From contig CAWEHK010000002.1 in NCBI GenBank assembly GCA_963808625.1, forward strand, positions 1 through 64,000: 64,000 bases of DNA. Direction: 5' to 3'. Position numbers and translations under genes: made by a program. This document shows, one piece after another, positions 42,016-54,693 of the stretch (its first letter is position 1; every line of letters starts with the position of its first letter). The notes under the pieces are model-generated. The model was not told the origin of the DNA, made no database searches, and saw only the letters and a program-made list of their open reading frames with translations. Source of the stretch: an uncultured delta proteobacterium. Its GTDB lineage: Bacteria; Desulfobacterota; Syntrophobacteria; Syntrophobacterales; Syntrophobacteraceae.

Positions 42016-43540
42016 ATGAGGAAGCTCTCAAAATCATTGCTTCGTCTCGCCATTCTGCTGCTTTTGACCGTGCCTCTCTGCGCCTGCGCGACCGTCGACG
42101 GTGCGGCTCACCGTGCTTCATGTCAACGATCTTCATGGACATCTGCTGCCATCCCTTGACAAGAGCATCAGCGAGACCACGCCGATCGGCGGCGCCGCGA
42201 CGCCTGGCCAGGATGATTGCCGAGGAAAGAGCGAAGGACCCCGATGGCGCCGTGCTGCTCTCGGCCGGCGATATGTTCCAGGGAAGTCCTGTCTCCAACC
42301 AATTTCGCGGGCAAAGCGTCATCGCGGTCATGAACTATTTGAAGTTTGATGCCATGGCCATCGGCAACCACGAATTCGACTGGGGCCTGGACGTTCTCCA
42401 TCAACTTGCCGAGGCTGCCGCCTTCCCGTTTCTTTCGGCCAATATCCAGGACAAGCACGGCCGAGCCCTGCCCCTGACCAAACCTATGATCATTCTGACA
42501 AGGAAGAACCTGAAGCTTGCCATCATCGGCGTGACCACTCCCGATACCGCTTTTACCACCAAACCCGATCACGTTTCGGGGCTCACTTTTCGCGAACCAG
42601 CGAAGATCCTGCCGCAATTGATTAGAGAAGCACGACGCAGCGGAGCGGATCTCATCGTGCTCCTGTCGCATTTGGGGTTGGATGCGGACCAGCAAATCGC
42701 CGAGCAGATTTCGGGCATCGATGTGATCGTCGGCGGGCACAGTCACACTGCCGTAACCCATCCGCTTCGCGTCAACGAAACCATCATTGTCCAGGCCGGT
42801 GCCTACGGCGTTTACCTGGGAGTGCTCCAGCTCACCGTCGACCTCGCCTCCCACAGGATTGTCGATTATTCCAGCGACAACGAGCTCGAGACGGTGTTTG
42901 TCGGCCCCAACGATCCCTGTTGACGAGGATGTCGCGGGAATCGTTGACCGCTACCACGATCGGATCAAGACCGAATTTGCCCGCGTGATTGGCGAGACCT
43001 CCGTGGACCTGGTGAGAAACGCCATGGAGGAATCAAACGTGGGCGACCTCGTTGCTGATGCGATGAGGGAAGCCTCCGGCGCCGACATGGCCTTTCACAA
43101 TGGCGGAGGGATCAGGGCCAACATCCCCCGAGGCAAGATCACTCTCGAGCAGATCTACACCCTGCTCCCCTTCGATAATACCCTGGTGGTCATGGATTTG
43201 ACGGGCGAACAAGTCAGGCAGATCCTCGAGCAGAGCGCGCAGTTTCGAGCATAGTATTCTCCAGGTTTCAGGCATCACGGTGCATTATGATTTAGCAAGA
43301 CCAGTCGGCTCCAGGGTCATAAAGGTGGATGTCGGAGGCAACGCCCTCGAACCATTGAAAACTTACCGGGTGGCCACCAATGATTTCCTCGCTGCGGGCG
43401 GCGATCATTACGCAACCTTCAAGGAGGGAAAAAATTTCGCTCTATGGGAATTCGCTGGTGGACGCATTCACCGCCTACCTGGCGAAACACTCCCCGTCCA
43501 CCCTGAGCGCGAAAAGCGCATCGTTCTTCTCAACCGATGA
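42016..43540 (+). CDS. Bifunctional metallophosphatase / 5'-nucleotidase, probable lipoprotein (frameshifts)
   Basis: 'LHVNDLHG', 'SAGDMFQG', 'GNHEFD', 'GGHSH', 'NGGGIRA', 'FLAAGGD'. Confidence 0.88.
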
Positions 43541-43753
43541 CCGAGCAGATTACTGTTTTTGTAGACGGCAAGCCAGTAAAGATCTATCGGGGTATGCAGG
43601 TGAAGCACGCCTTGATTGCCTCGTGATTACGGTCTTTACGAGGCCGCAGTTGCTGGTGAAGTGGTGGTGGTGGACCATCATGGATTCAGGCTCGGCCTCG
43701 AGGGGGCGCTGCTGGAGGGTTCCATGGTTTTCACGAGACCGAAAAATGAATGA
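43537..43753 (+). CDS. Small hypothetical protein (frameshift near 43620)
   Basis: MTEQITVFVDGKPVKIYRGMQVKHALIA / DYGLYEAAVAGEVVVVDHHGFRLGLEGALLEG..., ATGA overlap with the nucleotidase stop. Confidence 0.55.
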
Positions 43754-43922
43754 CGGGGAGAGGGGGTAAGGGAGGGGAAAGGGTGAAACGGGGAAAGGGA
43801 GAGAACGGGACACGGAGACGGGAGAGAGGGAGATGGGGGATTGGAACTTGGGCATAAGTAGCATTCAGCTTCTCATCTCCGTGTCTCCCGTCTCCGCGTC
43901 TCCGCGCTCCCTTCTCCCCATC
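43754..43922. repeat. Degenerate purine-rich octamer tract and complementary pyrimidine tract between convergent genes
   Basis: ACGGGGAG/ACGGAGAC-like units, then TCTCCGTG/TCTCCCCG-like units. Confidence 0.65.
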
Positions 43923-43926
43923 TTGC

Positions 43927-46610
43927 TCAAGGCTCCAGACTGCCCAGGTACGCCCGGGCCTGGCTGTGGATGGTCGGACTGGCCTCTCGGAAACCTGCTG
44001 CACAATAGCACCCAGGGCCTGTTTCACCTTTTCCTGCAGGCCCGGTTTCAGGCTCCGGACGTGCTGAAAGGTGTTCAACAGGCGGCTGGCAGTAGTGGCG
44101 TTGATGTCGGCAAGCTCGATCACGGAATCCACAACCCACTGGATTCCCTGGTCAGTCCACACCATTTTGTTGTTGGCGGCCATCGGCAAAAAGAGGGCGC
44201 GGCACCAGGTAGGCTGCGTGATATCAAAAGTGGGACGTCCTTTTTCGATCTCTATCATGGAAAAGACATCCTCTCGCGTGCCACTGGAGATGATGCGAAG
44301 ATAGTTGGCGTAGCCGCTGAGGTGTCCATGCCACGCCTCATATGTTGCCTCAAGCAGGTCCGCCTGGCGGGAGAGGAACTGCGGTTGAGCGCCAGCAGCG
44401 CGGCCACCCGATCAGTGGCGGTAGTGGCTTTACGGTAATGGTCGAGGAGCAACTGGTGGCTTTCCGCCGAATCGTCAATCGCAATCAAATCCAGCAGGAC
44501 ATTCTTGAGCAGGCGATCTTCAATGCCATATTTGGGGGAGCGACCAGCAGGCAGAGTATAGGTATCAATCTTTTCAAATTGCACAAGGAGACCGTCCCGA
44601 TGCATCCGGTTTGCGGCCAGCATGAGTTTTTCCCGCGCGGCAACCAGTTCCTGGTACCAGGTGCAGTACTGGCGCTCCAGGGGCTGTTCGTCAATGCGCA
44701 GGAAGTATGCCTTCAATGCCCGTGGCAGGTGCTCATCTCCCAAGATCTCGCCAAAGACTGACAGCCATTCGGGATCAATCGCCGCATCCGGATCTTCCAG
44801 TAGCCTGATCCGCTGCCGGTCCGTCAGTTGCCGCATGGCCTCAACCCGGTTGTAGGCGTTGGGGTCGAGGAGGATCTGCTTTACAAGGGTTTCGGAAGTC
44901 ACATTCTTGACCTGGAAGGTCCCGTAAAACGAGTAGTCGCGATTGATGGAGGCAAAGGCCGGGGGCTTCGGCAGATTTTCAAAAACCAGGTCCGCGGCGG
45001 CTTCCTTGAGCTGAAAAACCTGGGCGCTATCGGCCAGTTCCCCGCCTTCCTTATCCACCAAAGCCAGTTGTATGGGCACATGAAAGCAGGGTTGTCCCGG
45101 CGGGCAATGCTGTTCAAAGTGGATTCGGAAACCGCTCTGCAGCAGGTTCGTAGAAGGTTTCTGCGGTAACCTTCGGATAGCCGATATGATACAGCCATCC
45201 CAGCTTGAAGCGCTCCAGAGAAATTCCCGACGATTCCTCGAAGCATTGGAAGAATTGGTCGGTATTGGCGTTCCCGTGGTGATAGCGGGAAAAATAGCGG
45301 GTCTTTCCGGTATGAAAGGCTTCGTCGCCAAGGACGAGACGCAGCATGCGGATGACCTCTGCCGCTTTGACATAGGTCACGCTGTCAATCAGCTCGTCCG
45401 GATGGTTGAAACCCTCGCGCACAATGCGCCCCACATGCCCCGCATCTTCCATGGCCAGAGGCCCGAGCAGAGGATTGCGAATGCCGTCCACCTGGTTCAA
45501 GCGAATGAACGAAGGATTAAAGAGGGTGGCCATGAATTGACGCTCCACGTCCACGGTGTAAGCCTCGTTGAGCCACACATCAAAAGGGGTCTCCATGGTG
45601 GTCTCGCTGCCGCACTGATTGTGCTCGAATTCGTGGACGATCACGGCATGAGCATAAAGCAGCCCAAGCATCGAGGGTATGCTCCGTAATCAGCGCAGCA
45701 TCGGTTAGAATGGTCGTATTCCCGACATTTTCCATACCCCCGAAATTGGACTTGGTCATGCAGATGGTGCGGTAGGTGTCACCCGTATACTCATACCCTT
45801 GTGTTCTGCGGACCCAGAGGATGGCCTCCTTGAGGATTTCCATGGGAATGCGGGCGCCATCAGCCGTTCCCGGCGGCACCAGGTACTCCAGGCGCACCGT
45901 GCGACCCGAATCATACGTGACCTCATCACTCAGAGGTGTCCCAAGTCCCGACACAAACCAGGAACAGGTAAGGCGCCATCGGGACGGGGTTCTCATAGGT
46001 AATGATCTGCCTTGAAGGATCTCCCGGTTTCGGGACCGGTCTTGCCGTCAGGGTTGGCATGGCGGCTGATGTTGCCATTGCTGATAAGATGGGTATAGGC
46101 GGCATCCGCTTCGATGGTCGTTGTCATCGTGCATTTGGCGCGACAATCATCGAAAATCGGCATGATGCGCTGAAATCCCCATTGCTGACACTGCGACATG
46201 TACTGCTGCGGCGCTCCCGGAGGAGTGGCATCCTTGTAAATGCCTTCGAGGATGTGGTCTGAGGGAAAGCAGTGCGTTACCGTCCTCACTCGGAAGCTCT
46301 CCCCGCCCTCACCATCCGGGGCAGCTTCACGATCAGCTTCTGCCGCTCGCGCTGGTAGTCGTAAGTCCAATGGCAGGGGGCCATCTTGCCGGCCGTCTCG
46401 GGACCTGAAAGCCACTCGACAACCCGGATTTCAAGATCGTCAGCATCCAGCTCAATGACATCGCAGTCGTTCTCTGGCCGTCATTTCGAGCAGGTTGCTT
46501 GCTTCCACCCGGTCCTCGAGGAAATTCAAGTGAATCGTCAGATGTCGCAGGACGACCGGCAGTTCCCCGAAATCTTCCCGCATATATTTAAAACGCCGAC
46601 CACCGGCCAT
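43927..46610 (-). CDS. pepN: M1 aminopeptidase N (frameshifts)
   Basis: 'SQCQQWGF', 'GGMEN', 'HEFEH..(18)..E', 'YVKAAEVIRM', DUF3458-like C-terminus. Confidence 0.85.
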
Positions 46611-46657
46611 GTTTCGCTCCCCTTTCACCCTTACCCACGAGTCTCAAAACGTTCCTG

Positions 46658-46697
46658 CTTCCTTGTGTTCTTCGTGTTCTTCGTGTCCTTCGTGGTT
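46658..46697. repeat. Nonamer tandem repeat (CTTCGTGTT-like)
   Basis: About 4 units; related units in both orientations at 57978-58064. Confidence 0.7.
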
Positions 46698-46699
46698 CT

Positions 46700-47242
46700 T
46701 TCCGAATCTGCCGGGCTTTCGGCAAACAATCTGCGCTATGGCCCGTGTGGGATTTTCCTTTATACCCTCAAAATAATGGATAACCTCCCAGTTCTCAAAC
46801 CATTCAAGAGTTCGCCTTCCTGCAGCAGGAAATGGGGGTTGTGGGGTTTGCCAAACCTGGCCTGGGCCGCAGTAAACGTCTCATAAAACAGCAGACCCGC
46901 CCTGACGAAGCGCCTTCTTGATCAAGGGGATCAAGGGCCGATGCAGGTAGCGAAATACCAGAATCGCACCGAAGCTGTCTTCCGGCAGAGGATTCCCTCC
47001 CGGGATTTCCAGGTCCACCTTCCAGGTGGTGATGCTAACCCCATATTCACCGGCAATTCTCCGCGCTTCCTCCAGGCGCTCTGCGGCCTGATCACAGCAG
47101 ATCACTTCGATCCCTCTCTGCGCAACGAAGATACCATTCGGCATTCGCCGCAGGCCAGGTCCAGGACCGGCCCCGGCAGCTTCCTGCCTTCAAAAAGGTG
47201 GAGATTTTCCACAAGGAGTGAGGATGGAGAGGACTCAAACAT
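46700..47242 (-). CDS. Class I SAM methyltransferase, TehB-like (frameshifts; end approximate)
   Basis: 'PVLDLACG', 'FGAILVFRYLHR', 'YETF'. Confidence 0.7.
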
Positions 47243-47307
47243 TTGCACCTGAATTGAGAGAAAACATCGGAGGGGCTTGGGCGCGGCTGGTCAGGGCAGG
47301 CAGACGC

Positions 47308-47871
47308 TCACTCCAGCCAAAGGTTCCCAAGCTCGATCTCCACTTCCTGGAATGGTTCGGCCCGCACCTTATCGTTTTCGATAAAAGTTGCCAGCAACAC
47401 CCACCGGCCCGATTCCAGCCTGAAAACATCAAGGGTTTTGGCAGCAGGGTCCACCAGCCAGAGATGCCCGACAGCGTGTTCTGCATAAATCGGCATCTTC
47501 CGTACTTTATCGACGCGCACCGTTGCCGGAGAGAGAATCTCACAAACCCAGTCCGGACCGACCGAAATCCAGTTGGTTTCCTCGGAAGCGGGGAACCGCT
47601 CTCTTCGCCAGCCAGCCAGGTCCGGAACCAGGATGTGAGCCCCGAGATAGATCTCAGGTTCGTCGATAATGATCCAGCCGCCCGGGCCACCCCCACGTCC
47701 CAGTTGATATGGCGGCAGGATCTCGCTTCCCAGCACCGATGCGGCAACGCCATGCCTTCGGGAAGGCCTGGGAGTAGCGATCAATTCACCGTCGATGATC
47801 TCTCCCACCACATTGTCGGGGAGACTGAAAAGATCGTCATAGGAAGCCTGCTTCTTTGCGCTCAGCGCCAT
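47308..47871 (-). CDS. Uma2 family endonuclease
   Basis: 'EIIDGEL', 'VPDLAGW', 'PDWVCEILSP', 'WLVDP'. Confidence 0.9.
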   Translation of the reverse strand: MALSAKKQASYDDLFSLPDNVVGEIIDGELIATPRPSRRHGVAASVLGSEILPPYQLGRGGGPGGWIIIDEPEIYLGAHILVPDLAGWRRERFPASEETNWISVGPDWVCEILSPATVRVDKVRKMPIYAEHAVGHLWLVDPAAKTLDVFRLESGRWVLLATFIENDKVRAEPFQEVEIELGNLWLE

Positions 47872-47945
47872 TTCCACCCCTCCAAGGGCTCGGTTCAACA
47901 GTGCTTACCCAAAATTCATCCGCAAAACCTTCACCGGCATAATTT

Positions 47946-49642
47946 CTAATAATCGATCGCTTCGTCGATGCCCTTTCCCGGCCAGCACCATGGGCATAAC
48001 ATTCTCGTCGCGCGGGCATCAGGCAATTCACCAGGGCCGGTCCCGGCGCTGACAACGCCTGCGGCAGGAGCTTCATGACGTCTTCTTCGGTCTCGAGCGT
48101 GTAGCCGGGAATCCCATAAGCCTTTGCCAAGTGCATAAAGTCGGGATGAAACTTGAAGTTGTATCGCGATATACCGGCCTTCACAGTAGAACTCCTGCAA
48201 CTGGCGCACCATCCCCAGAGACTGGTTGTTGAGGATCAGGATCTTCACCGGTAATTCCTGTTCCATCATCGTGCCCAGTTCCTGCATGGTCATCTGGATG
48301 CTGCCATCCCCGGTAACCAGGACCACCATCTGTCCGGGACGACCAATGCTGGCCCCGATGGCCGCCGGCAGCCCAAACCCCATGGCGCCGAGGCCGCCCG
48401 AGGAGATCAGGGTTCGCGGCTTTTTGAAGCGGTAGTATTGCGCGACCCACATCTGGTGCTGCCCCACATCGGTGGCGATGATGGCGTTCCCTTCAGTGAA
48501 CCGGCTGAGCTGTTCGATGACGAACTGCGGTTTCAGCCCGCCTTTCCGGTTGTATGACAGGGGATATTGTTCCTTCATTTCCCGGATACGGGCCAACCAG
48601 GGAGAGCGGTCAATTTTTTCCAGTTGCTGAACGAGGGTCTTCAAGATCAGCTTCACGTCTCCCACAAGGGGCACGTGCGTGATGACATTCTTGCCGATTT
48701 CGGCGGGGTCGATGTCGATGTGGACGACGGTGGCTTCGGGAGCAAAGGACTTGAGGTGCATGGTCACCCGGTCGTCGAAGCGCGCTCCCAGGGCCAGCAG
48801 CATGTCGCATTCCGTCACGGCGAGGTTGGCGTACCGGGTGCCATGCAGGCCCAGCATCCCGAGAAACAGCGGATGGTCCCCCGGAAAACTGGCCAGCCCC
48901 ATGAAGGTGTTGGTTACCGGCGCGGAAATCATTTCCGCCAGTTGCAGCAGTTCATCCGCCGCATGGGAACTGAGGATGCCACCGCCGGCATAGATCACGG
49001 GCCTTTGGGATTTCTTGATCAAGCCCGGCAATTTCGGTAATCCTCGTCGGGTGGCCGCGGTAGGTCGGTTTGTAGCCTTGGAGGCGCACGCTGGCGGGAT
49101 ACTTGAACTCGATCAGCGATTGGGCCACATCCTTCGGCAGGTCAATCAGCACCGGGCCGGGGCGACCCGTGGCGGCAATATGAAAGGCATTCTTCACGAT
49201 GCCCGGGAAGCTTATTGGGGTCTTTCACGAGGTAGTTATGTTTGGTAATCGGCAGGGTGATTCCCGTGATATCCACTTCCTGAAAGGCATCAGTCCCGAT
49301 CTGTGTGGTTGGCACCTGCCCTGTAAACAGCACCAGGGGAATAGAATCCATGTAGGCGTTTGCAATCCCGGTGACGAGATTGGTGGCACCGGGTCCGGAA
49401 GTGGCCATGCACACGCCAACTTTCCCGGTAACCCGAGCGTACCCGTCGGCAGCATGAGCGGCGCCCTGTTCGTGGCGCACCAGCACGTGTTTAATGCGGG
49501 AAGAATGGTACAAGGCATCATAGACAGGGAGGTTAGCCCCACCCGGATAGCCAAAGATTACTTCCACATTTTCCTTCTCGAGACATCGGACCAAAGCTTC
49601 AGCTGCGGTAATCTCCAATCTTACTCCTCCCATCCCCTTCAT
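47946..49642 (-). CDS. ilvB: Acetolactate synthase large subunit (frameshifts)
   Basis: 'FGYPGG', 'RHEQGA', 'TSGPGATN', 'DVGQHQMW', 'GDGS'. Confidence 0.93.
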
Positions 49643-50163
49643 TCATCATTGCTGTTGCTTTTCCCAGCGCCACGGGTACCGGCAAATCTGCTGCCACGCA
49701 GCATGGCGACTTTTCCGGTACGCACGAGCTCCCTTATGCCATAGGGCCGCAGGGATTCCTCGAAGGCATTGATCTTCCCCTCGTTTCCCGTGCACTCGAG
49801 GGTCATGGTTTTGGGACCGAGGTCGACGACCCGCGCTCGGAATACTCCGGCCATCTGCATGATTTCCACTCTCTGGCTCGGCTCCGCATTGACCTTGATC
49901 ATCACCAGGTCCCGGTCCACGTATTCTTCCTTGGTGATGTCGCTGATCTTGATCACATCGATAAGCTTGTGGAGCTGTTTGGTGACTTGTTCAATCAACC
50001 GATCATCGCCGTCGACTTCAATGGTCATGCGCGAAACATCGTGATTTTCCGTGCGCCCGACGGTCAGACTCTCAATATTGAATCCCCGCCGACTAAACAG
50101 TCCGGCCACCCTGACCAGGACCCCGGGCCGATTCTCCACCAACACAGCAAGCGTGTGTTTCAT
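49639..50163 (-). CDS. ilvN: Acetolactate synthase small subunit
   Basis: '[24 protein letters not shown]'. Confidence 0.95.
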   Translation of the reverse strand: MKHTLAVLVENRPGVLVRVAGLFSRRGFNIESLTVGRTENHDVSRMTIEVDGDDRLIEQVTKQLHKLIDVIKISDITKEEYVDRDLVMIKVNAEPSQRVEIMQMAGVFRARVVDLGPKTMTLECTGNEGKINAFEESLRPYGIRELVRTGKVAMLRGSRFAGTRGAGKSNSNDE

Positions 50164-50202
50164 TCGTTCAAAGCCTCCCCCAACAGCATCTCTCGCCAGG
50201 AC

Positions 50203-50901
50203 TTACTCGCTCATCCCCTCGCAAATCTCGCGGTGATTGTCGCGATGGTCAACCACGTAGATCATCTTCGCCTTCTTTTGCAGCTCCGCCTGCAGATTGG
50301 GCAGATCTCCCCCCGGCAGGTCATAGATGCGGATGTAAACGTTCCGAAAGCCCGCCGGCACGCCTTCATAGCTGCTCAGAATGCTGGCAATCTTGCCCTC
50401 GTGGTTGCGAATGATGTCGGTAAGTTCTTTGATCGATCCTGCACGGTCCTCTATCTGAAAGGCAAATTGAATGCCGTGCTTGCCAAGACCGCTCAAGGTT
50501 ATCAGCACCTTGAACAAATCGTCACGGGTGATGACCCCGACCACTCTCCCGTCCGCGCTAACTACCGGCACCCCCGAAATCTTGTGTTCCATGAGGAGCT
50601 CAGCCGTTTCCTCCACCGTGTAATCCGGAGGCACGGTCAGAGGATTCTTGGCCATGATGTCTTTCACCTTGATCTTGGAAATCAGATAAAGCATCTCATG
50701 CACGTCCAGCATCGTCGCGTCTGAAGCCGATGCTCTTTTGAGATCGATATCGGAGACGATGCCGACGAGTTTGCCTCGCTGCAATACGGGCAGCATGCGA
50801 ATTTTGTGCTCCTTCATCAGGCTCATCGCCCGCTGCATCGAATCCTTCGCTTCAATCGTAACGACGTTCTTGCTCATCCAGTTCTTAACCAGCATCTTCA
50901 T
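50203..50901 (-). CDS. CBS-pair + ACT protein (AcuB-like)
   Basis: Two CBS repeats and ACT 'EDRAGSI'. Confidence 0.85.
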   Translation of the reverse strand: MKMLVKNWMSKNVVTIEAKDSMQRAMSLMKEHKIRMLPVLQRGKLVGIVSDIDLKRASASDATMLDVHEMLYLISKIKVKDIMAKNPLTVPPDYTVEETAELLMEHKISGVPVVSADGRVVGVITRDDLFKVLITLSGLGKHGIQFAFQIEDRAGSIKELTDIIRNHEGKIASILSSYEGVPAGFRNVYIRIYDLPGGDLPNLQAELQKKAKMIYVVDHRDNHREICEGMSE

Positions 50902-50945
50902 CCTCCTCTCGGGCTGCTCTCGAGCCCTCCGACCTTTATTTCCAG

Positions 50946-52519
50946 CTCAAATTTTATATGATACTCTTTTACGAGAAAATCCATAAGAATTTTGGGCTCG
51001 ATTCAGGGCCGGGTCTTCCAGGACTTGCCGGTGGAGGCTTCTGCAGCAACTGACCCACAAGGGGACCGGGCTTGAGGCTGAGGATTCGCATGACGTCGCG
51101 ACCGTCGAGTGCCAGGTCCTGAATCCGCAGGGGCGGTTTCCGCTCCAGTTCCTGAGAGATCCTGACATGGAGGCTTTGGAGCGCCTTCAAACCAAGGAAA
51201 TCATCGTTTCTTGCCTTGCGCTCGGCATAGGCAAGATCCATCACCTCCCCAAGAAGATCGTCCCCAACCTCGGCCAGAAATTGTCTCAGCTCCGCCTCCG
51301 TCCAGGCTTCAGCGCCGTCGGGAACCTGCTTTTCCACAAGGAAAGCAACTTCCTGCTCTTGTCTTCGTGAGGTACGCAGGCGCCTCATAATCTGGATCGC
51401 CAAGACAGCACTTTCGTGAAACCGGGCGTGGTCGGGCAGAGGTTCCCCCTGCGACGTCCACCCACCTGGTACACTGCCGCGTAAATGAGTGTCCGGATTC
51501 ACATCGTCATACCGGCGAAAGCCGGTATCCAGACGGTGTTCTGGATTCCGGTTTTCAGCCGGAATGACGCATCAGGTCCATGGTAACTTTGTTCTGATGT
51601 GCTACATTTAGTTCACTAAGATTATGAAAGAGCGCAGCCAGACGAACCCTGAGCCGCGGTGGACTGCCTTGCACCGTATTGACGGTGTGCTCCAGCGCTC
51701 CCCAGGAGTGCGCTCGCTGGTCTATCTTGCCGGGCAATTCAACCAATTCGGGAAGGTCCTCTTGCATGCCCCCGCCAGCGCTTCGACTACCCCCTGGGAA
51801 CCGCCGCAAATCACACCCCGACCCCGTGAGCTCCGGGAGAATCGCCCGGATGACCCCACCGCGCATCATCCACTCAAAAGCTTCGGAAAAATACTCACCC
51901 AGCAGCATCTTGAAGACCTCTTCGCGGATGCGCTCCCGGGCACCCGGTGAAGTTCCGGCGCCGTATCTTTGAGCGCCGCAAAGGTTTCGGGATCGAGATG
52001 AAAGCCATAGACACTTATGAACCGGCCTGCTCGGAGAGTCCGCAGGGGATCTTCGCGGAAGCGGGAACGCGCATCATCTACGGCCCGCAAGGTATACCGA
52101 AGAAGGTCCTTTTGCCCGCCGAAGGGATCGATCAGCTTTCCTTCGGGATAGGAGAGCGCAAGGGCATTGATCGTAAAATCCCGCCGTTTGAGATCGGCAA
52201 GGATTCCTTCACAGACCAGCCGCCGGACAGGAGGTGACTTCGATGATCTGTTGCCCGGTATGGATTTGCACGGTGCCATGGCGGAGCCCGATCGCGATGA
52301 CGCGCGGAAAAAGCTCCATTACCTGCTGCGGCGAAGCACTGGTTGCCAGGTCCCAATCTTTGGGGATCCCTCCCCGCAGGAGATCACGAAGCGCCCCCCC
52401 CACCAGCCAGACATCCGATCCGATGGTCGATGAAGCGATCCAGGACTTGCTGCAGATCGTCCGGAATAAAGTCCAAAGAAAGTCTTTCGTCTGTGCTTTT
52501 CATCTTCGGCTGCGTCATG
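50946..52519 (-). CDS. CCA-adding / poly(A) polymerase family nucleotidyltransferase (frameshifts; contains palindromic insert)
   Basis: 'VGGALRDLL...DWDLAT', 'DLKRRDFTINA', 'EDPLR', 'LALDGRDVM...PGPLVG'. Confidence 0.82.
51505..51569. repeat. REP/RPE-like palindromic element, copy 2 (intragenic)
   Basis: CGTCATACCGGCGAAAGCCGGTATCCAG..CTGGATTCCGGTTTTCAGCCGGAATGACG. Confidence 0.88.
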
Positions 52520-52614
52520 TGGTCATTTATTTCTTGATCTTTCCTCCATGGCTAATATAATTCCAACCGTTAAGGTGATCGATACAAAAAATGAATCGGC
52601 ACTTTGAGGCATTT

Positions 52615-52767
52615 ATGAAAATCGGGATCGACACACCTGAAGCAGACCGCGTAATGGAGGAATCAAACCGAATCATCGAGGATTTCGCGACGACGAAGTA
52701 TGGGCTTTATGCTCTGCTTTTCCTTGCGGAAATCGCGTTGTGTTTTTGGATCGCTTCGAAGCTTTAG
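52615..52767 (+). CDS. 50-aa protein with C-terminal TM helix
   Basis: MKIGIDTPEADRVMEESNRIIEDFATTKYGLYALLFLAEIALCFWIASKL*, RBS GAGG. Confidence 0.55.
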   Translation: MKIGIDTPEADRVMEESNRIIEDFATTKYGLYALLFLAEIALCFWIASKL

Positions 52768-52821
52768 GGCTCAGGTTCCCGAATAAGCACCAACAAGGAA
52801 ACAGACGTGCAAGGAACAGTC

Positions 52822-52899
52822 ATGTGCTTTCCCTTCCTACTATTGCTGGCGCTAGGTCTGCGGGATCAGACCCGGGGGGAGCTCATGCCGTTCTTTTAA
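52822..52899 (+). CDS. Leucine attenuator leader peptide
   Basis: MCFPFLLLLALGLRDQTRGELMPFF*; codons CTA CTA TTG CTG GCG CTA; RBS AAGGAA; upstream of leuA. Confidence 0.8.
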   Translation: MCFPFLLLLALGLRDQTRGELMPFF

Positions 52900-52932
52900 G
52901 AGTGCCATAAGCATTTTAAACCGAACGTAAAC

Positions 52933-52971
52933 AAAGGCCATGGGTTCTTCCCATGGCCTTTTTGTTTTTTG
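52933..52971 (+). terminator. Attenuator terminator before leuA
   Basis: AAAGGCCATGGG-TTCTT-CCCATGGCCTTT followed by a T-rich tail. Confidence 0.88.
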
Positions 52972-53030
52972 TGATCTGTTGTGAGGGAATTTTGGGGGCC
53001 TTGGTATTAACCACGAGGAAGGAGAGAACC

Positions 53031-54545
53031 ATGAGTCGTAAGATCCATATTTTTGACACCACCCTGAGAGATGGCGAGCAGGTCCCAGGGGCCAAGCTGA
53101 ACAAGAAGCAAAAAATCGAGATCGCCGAACAACTGGCCAAACTGGGAGTCGATATCATTGAAGCTGGTTTTCCGTGCTCTTCCCCGGAAGATCTCCAGGC
53201 CGTCAAGGCGATCTCGGAGGTGGTTAAAGGCCCGGTGATCGCCGGCCTGGCAAGGGCTGTGAAAGAGGATATCGATGCCGCATGGGAAGCCGTGCGCCGT
53301 GCGGAACGTCCGCGCATCCATGCCTTCCTCGGGTCTTCGGACATTCATCTGCAGAAGAAACTGCGCCGCGATCGCGGAAAATGCCCTGGAGATGGCGGTT
53401 CGGGCCGTACGCTACGCAAAGCAATACTGTGAGGATGTGGAGTACTCCACGGAAGATGCATCCCGCACGGATTTCGACTACCTCTGCCGGGTCATCGACG
53501 CCGCGATCAAGGCCGGCGCTACGGTTATCAATGTTCCTGACACGGTGGGGTATGCGGTTCCCGATGAATTCGGCCAGCTCATCAGGAGACTCAAGGAACG
53601 GGTCCCAGGACTGGATCAAGTCGTCCTCAGCGTGCATTGCCACAACGACCTTGGTCTGGCGGTGGCAAATAGCTCTGGCGGCAATCCACAATGGCGCCAA
53701 CCAGGTTGAGTGCACGGTCAACGGGGTCGGTGAAAGGGCAGGAAATGCTTCGCTGGAAGAAATCGTCATGATCCTGAAAACACGCCAAGTTTCATTCCAG
53801 GCTCATACCGATGTAAAGATCAATGAAATCTATCGCACCAGCCGGCTGGTCAGTCGCGTTATGAACATCCCGGTCCAACCCAACAAAGCTATCGTCGGCT
53901 CCAATGCCTTCGCCCATTCTTCAGGGATTCACCAGGACGGGATTCTCAAAGACCGGGCCACCTACGAGATTATTCAAACCGGAAGACCTCGGCATCCGCG
54001 AGCACAAGCTCATATTGACGGCGCGTTCAGGGCGGGCGGCGTTGCGCCATCGCCTCACGGCGCTGGGATATGATCTCCCCCCGGCCGATTTCGAAAGGGT
54101 CTATGCCCGATTTCTTAACGTTGCCGATCGCAAGAAAGAGATCTCCAGCAAAGATCTCTCGTCGATTGTGGAAATCGAGCTGACCAAAGTTCCCGAGACT
54201 TTCGTGTTTCACGACTTTCAGATCATGAGCGGCAGTTCCATGACGCCCCTGGCCGCAGTAACCCTCATCAAGGACGGCAAGGAACTCATCGATGCCGCCA
54301 CCGGTAATGGCCCCGTTGACGCAGTTTTTAATGGTATTGAAAGGATTGTGGGGCAGCAGGGCATCCTGCGCGATTACGACCTGAAGGCCGTGACCATGGG
54401 CAAGGACGCCCTCGGTGAGGCCATGGTGCGCGTGGAAATTGCCGGGACCGTTTATTCCGGGATCGGCACCAGTCCGGATGTCATCGAGGCAAGCGCACGC
54501 GCCTATTTGAACGCCTTCAACCGCTTCTTTGCTAATTCTCATTGA
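53031..54545 (+). CDS. leuA: 2-isopropylmalate synthase (frameshifts)
   Basis: '[10 protein letters not shown]', 'HCHNDLG', 'GERAGN', 'HSSGIHQDG', regulatory domain 'GNGPVDA'. Confidence 0.93.
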
Positions 54546-54693
54546 TGCGAAACTGATGCTTGACAGCCAGCAGTCTTAGGATATTCTAGCGGGGTGAACG
54601 AGAACGTTCTGCATCCCTTTTGGAGGACAGGGGGCTGAGTTGGCCATTGGTCCTCCTGAGACCCGGCCCCTCAACACAAATGGAGGCAGCGGC

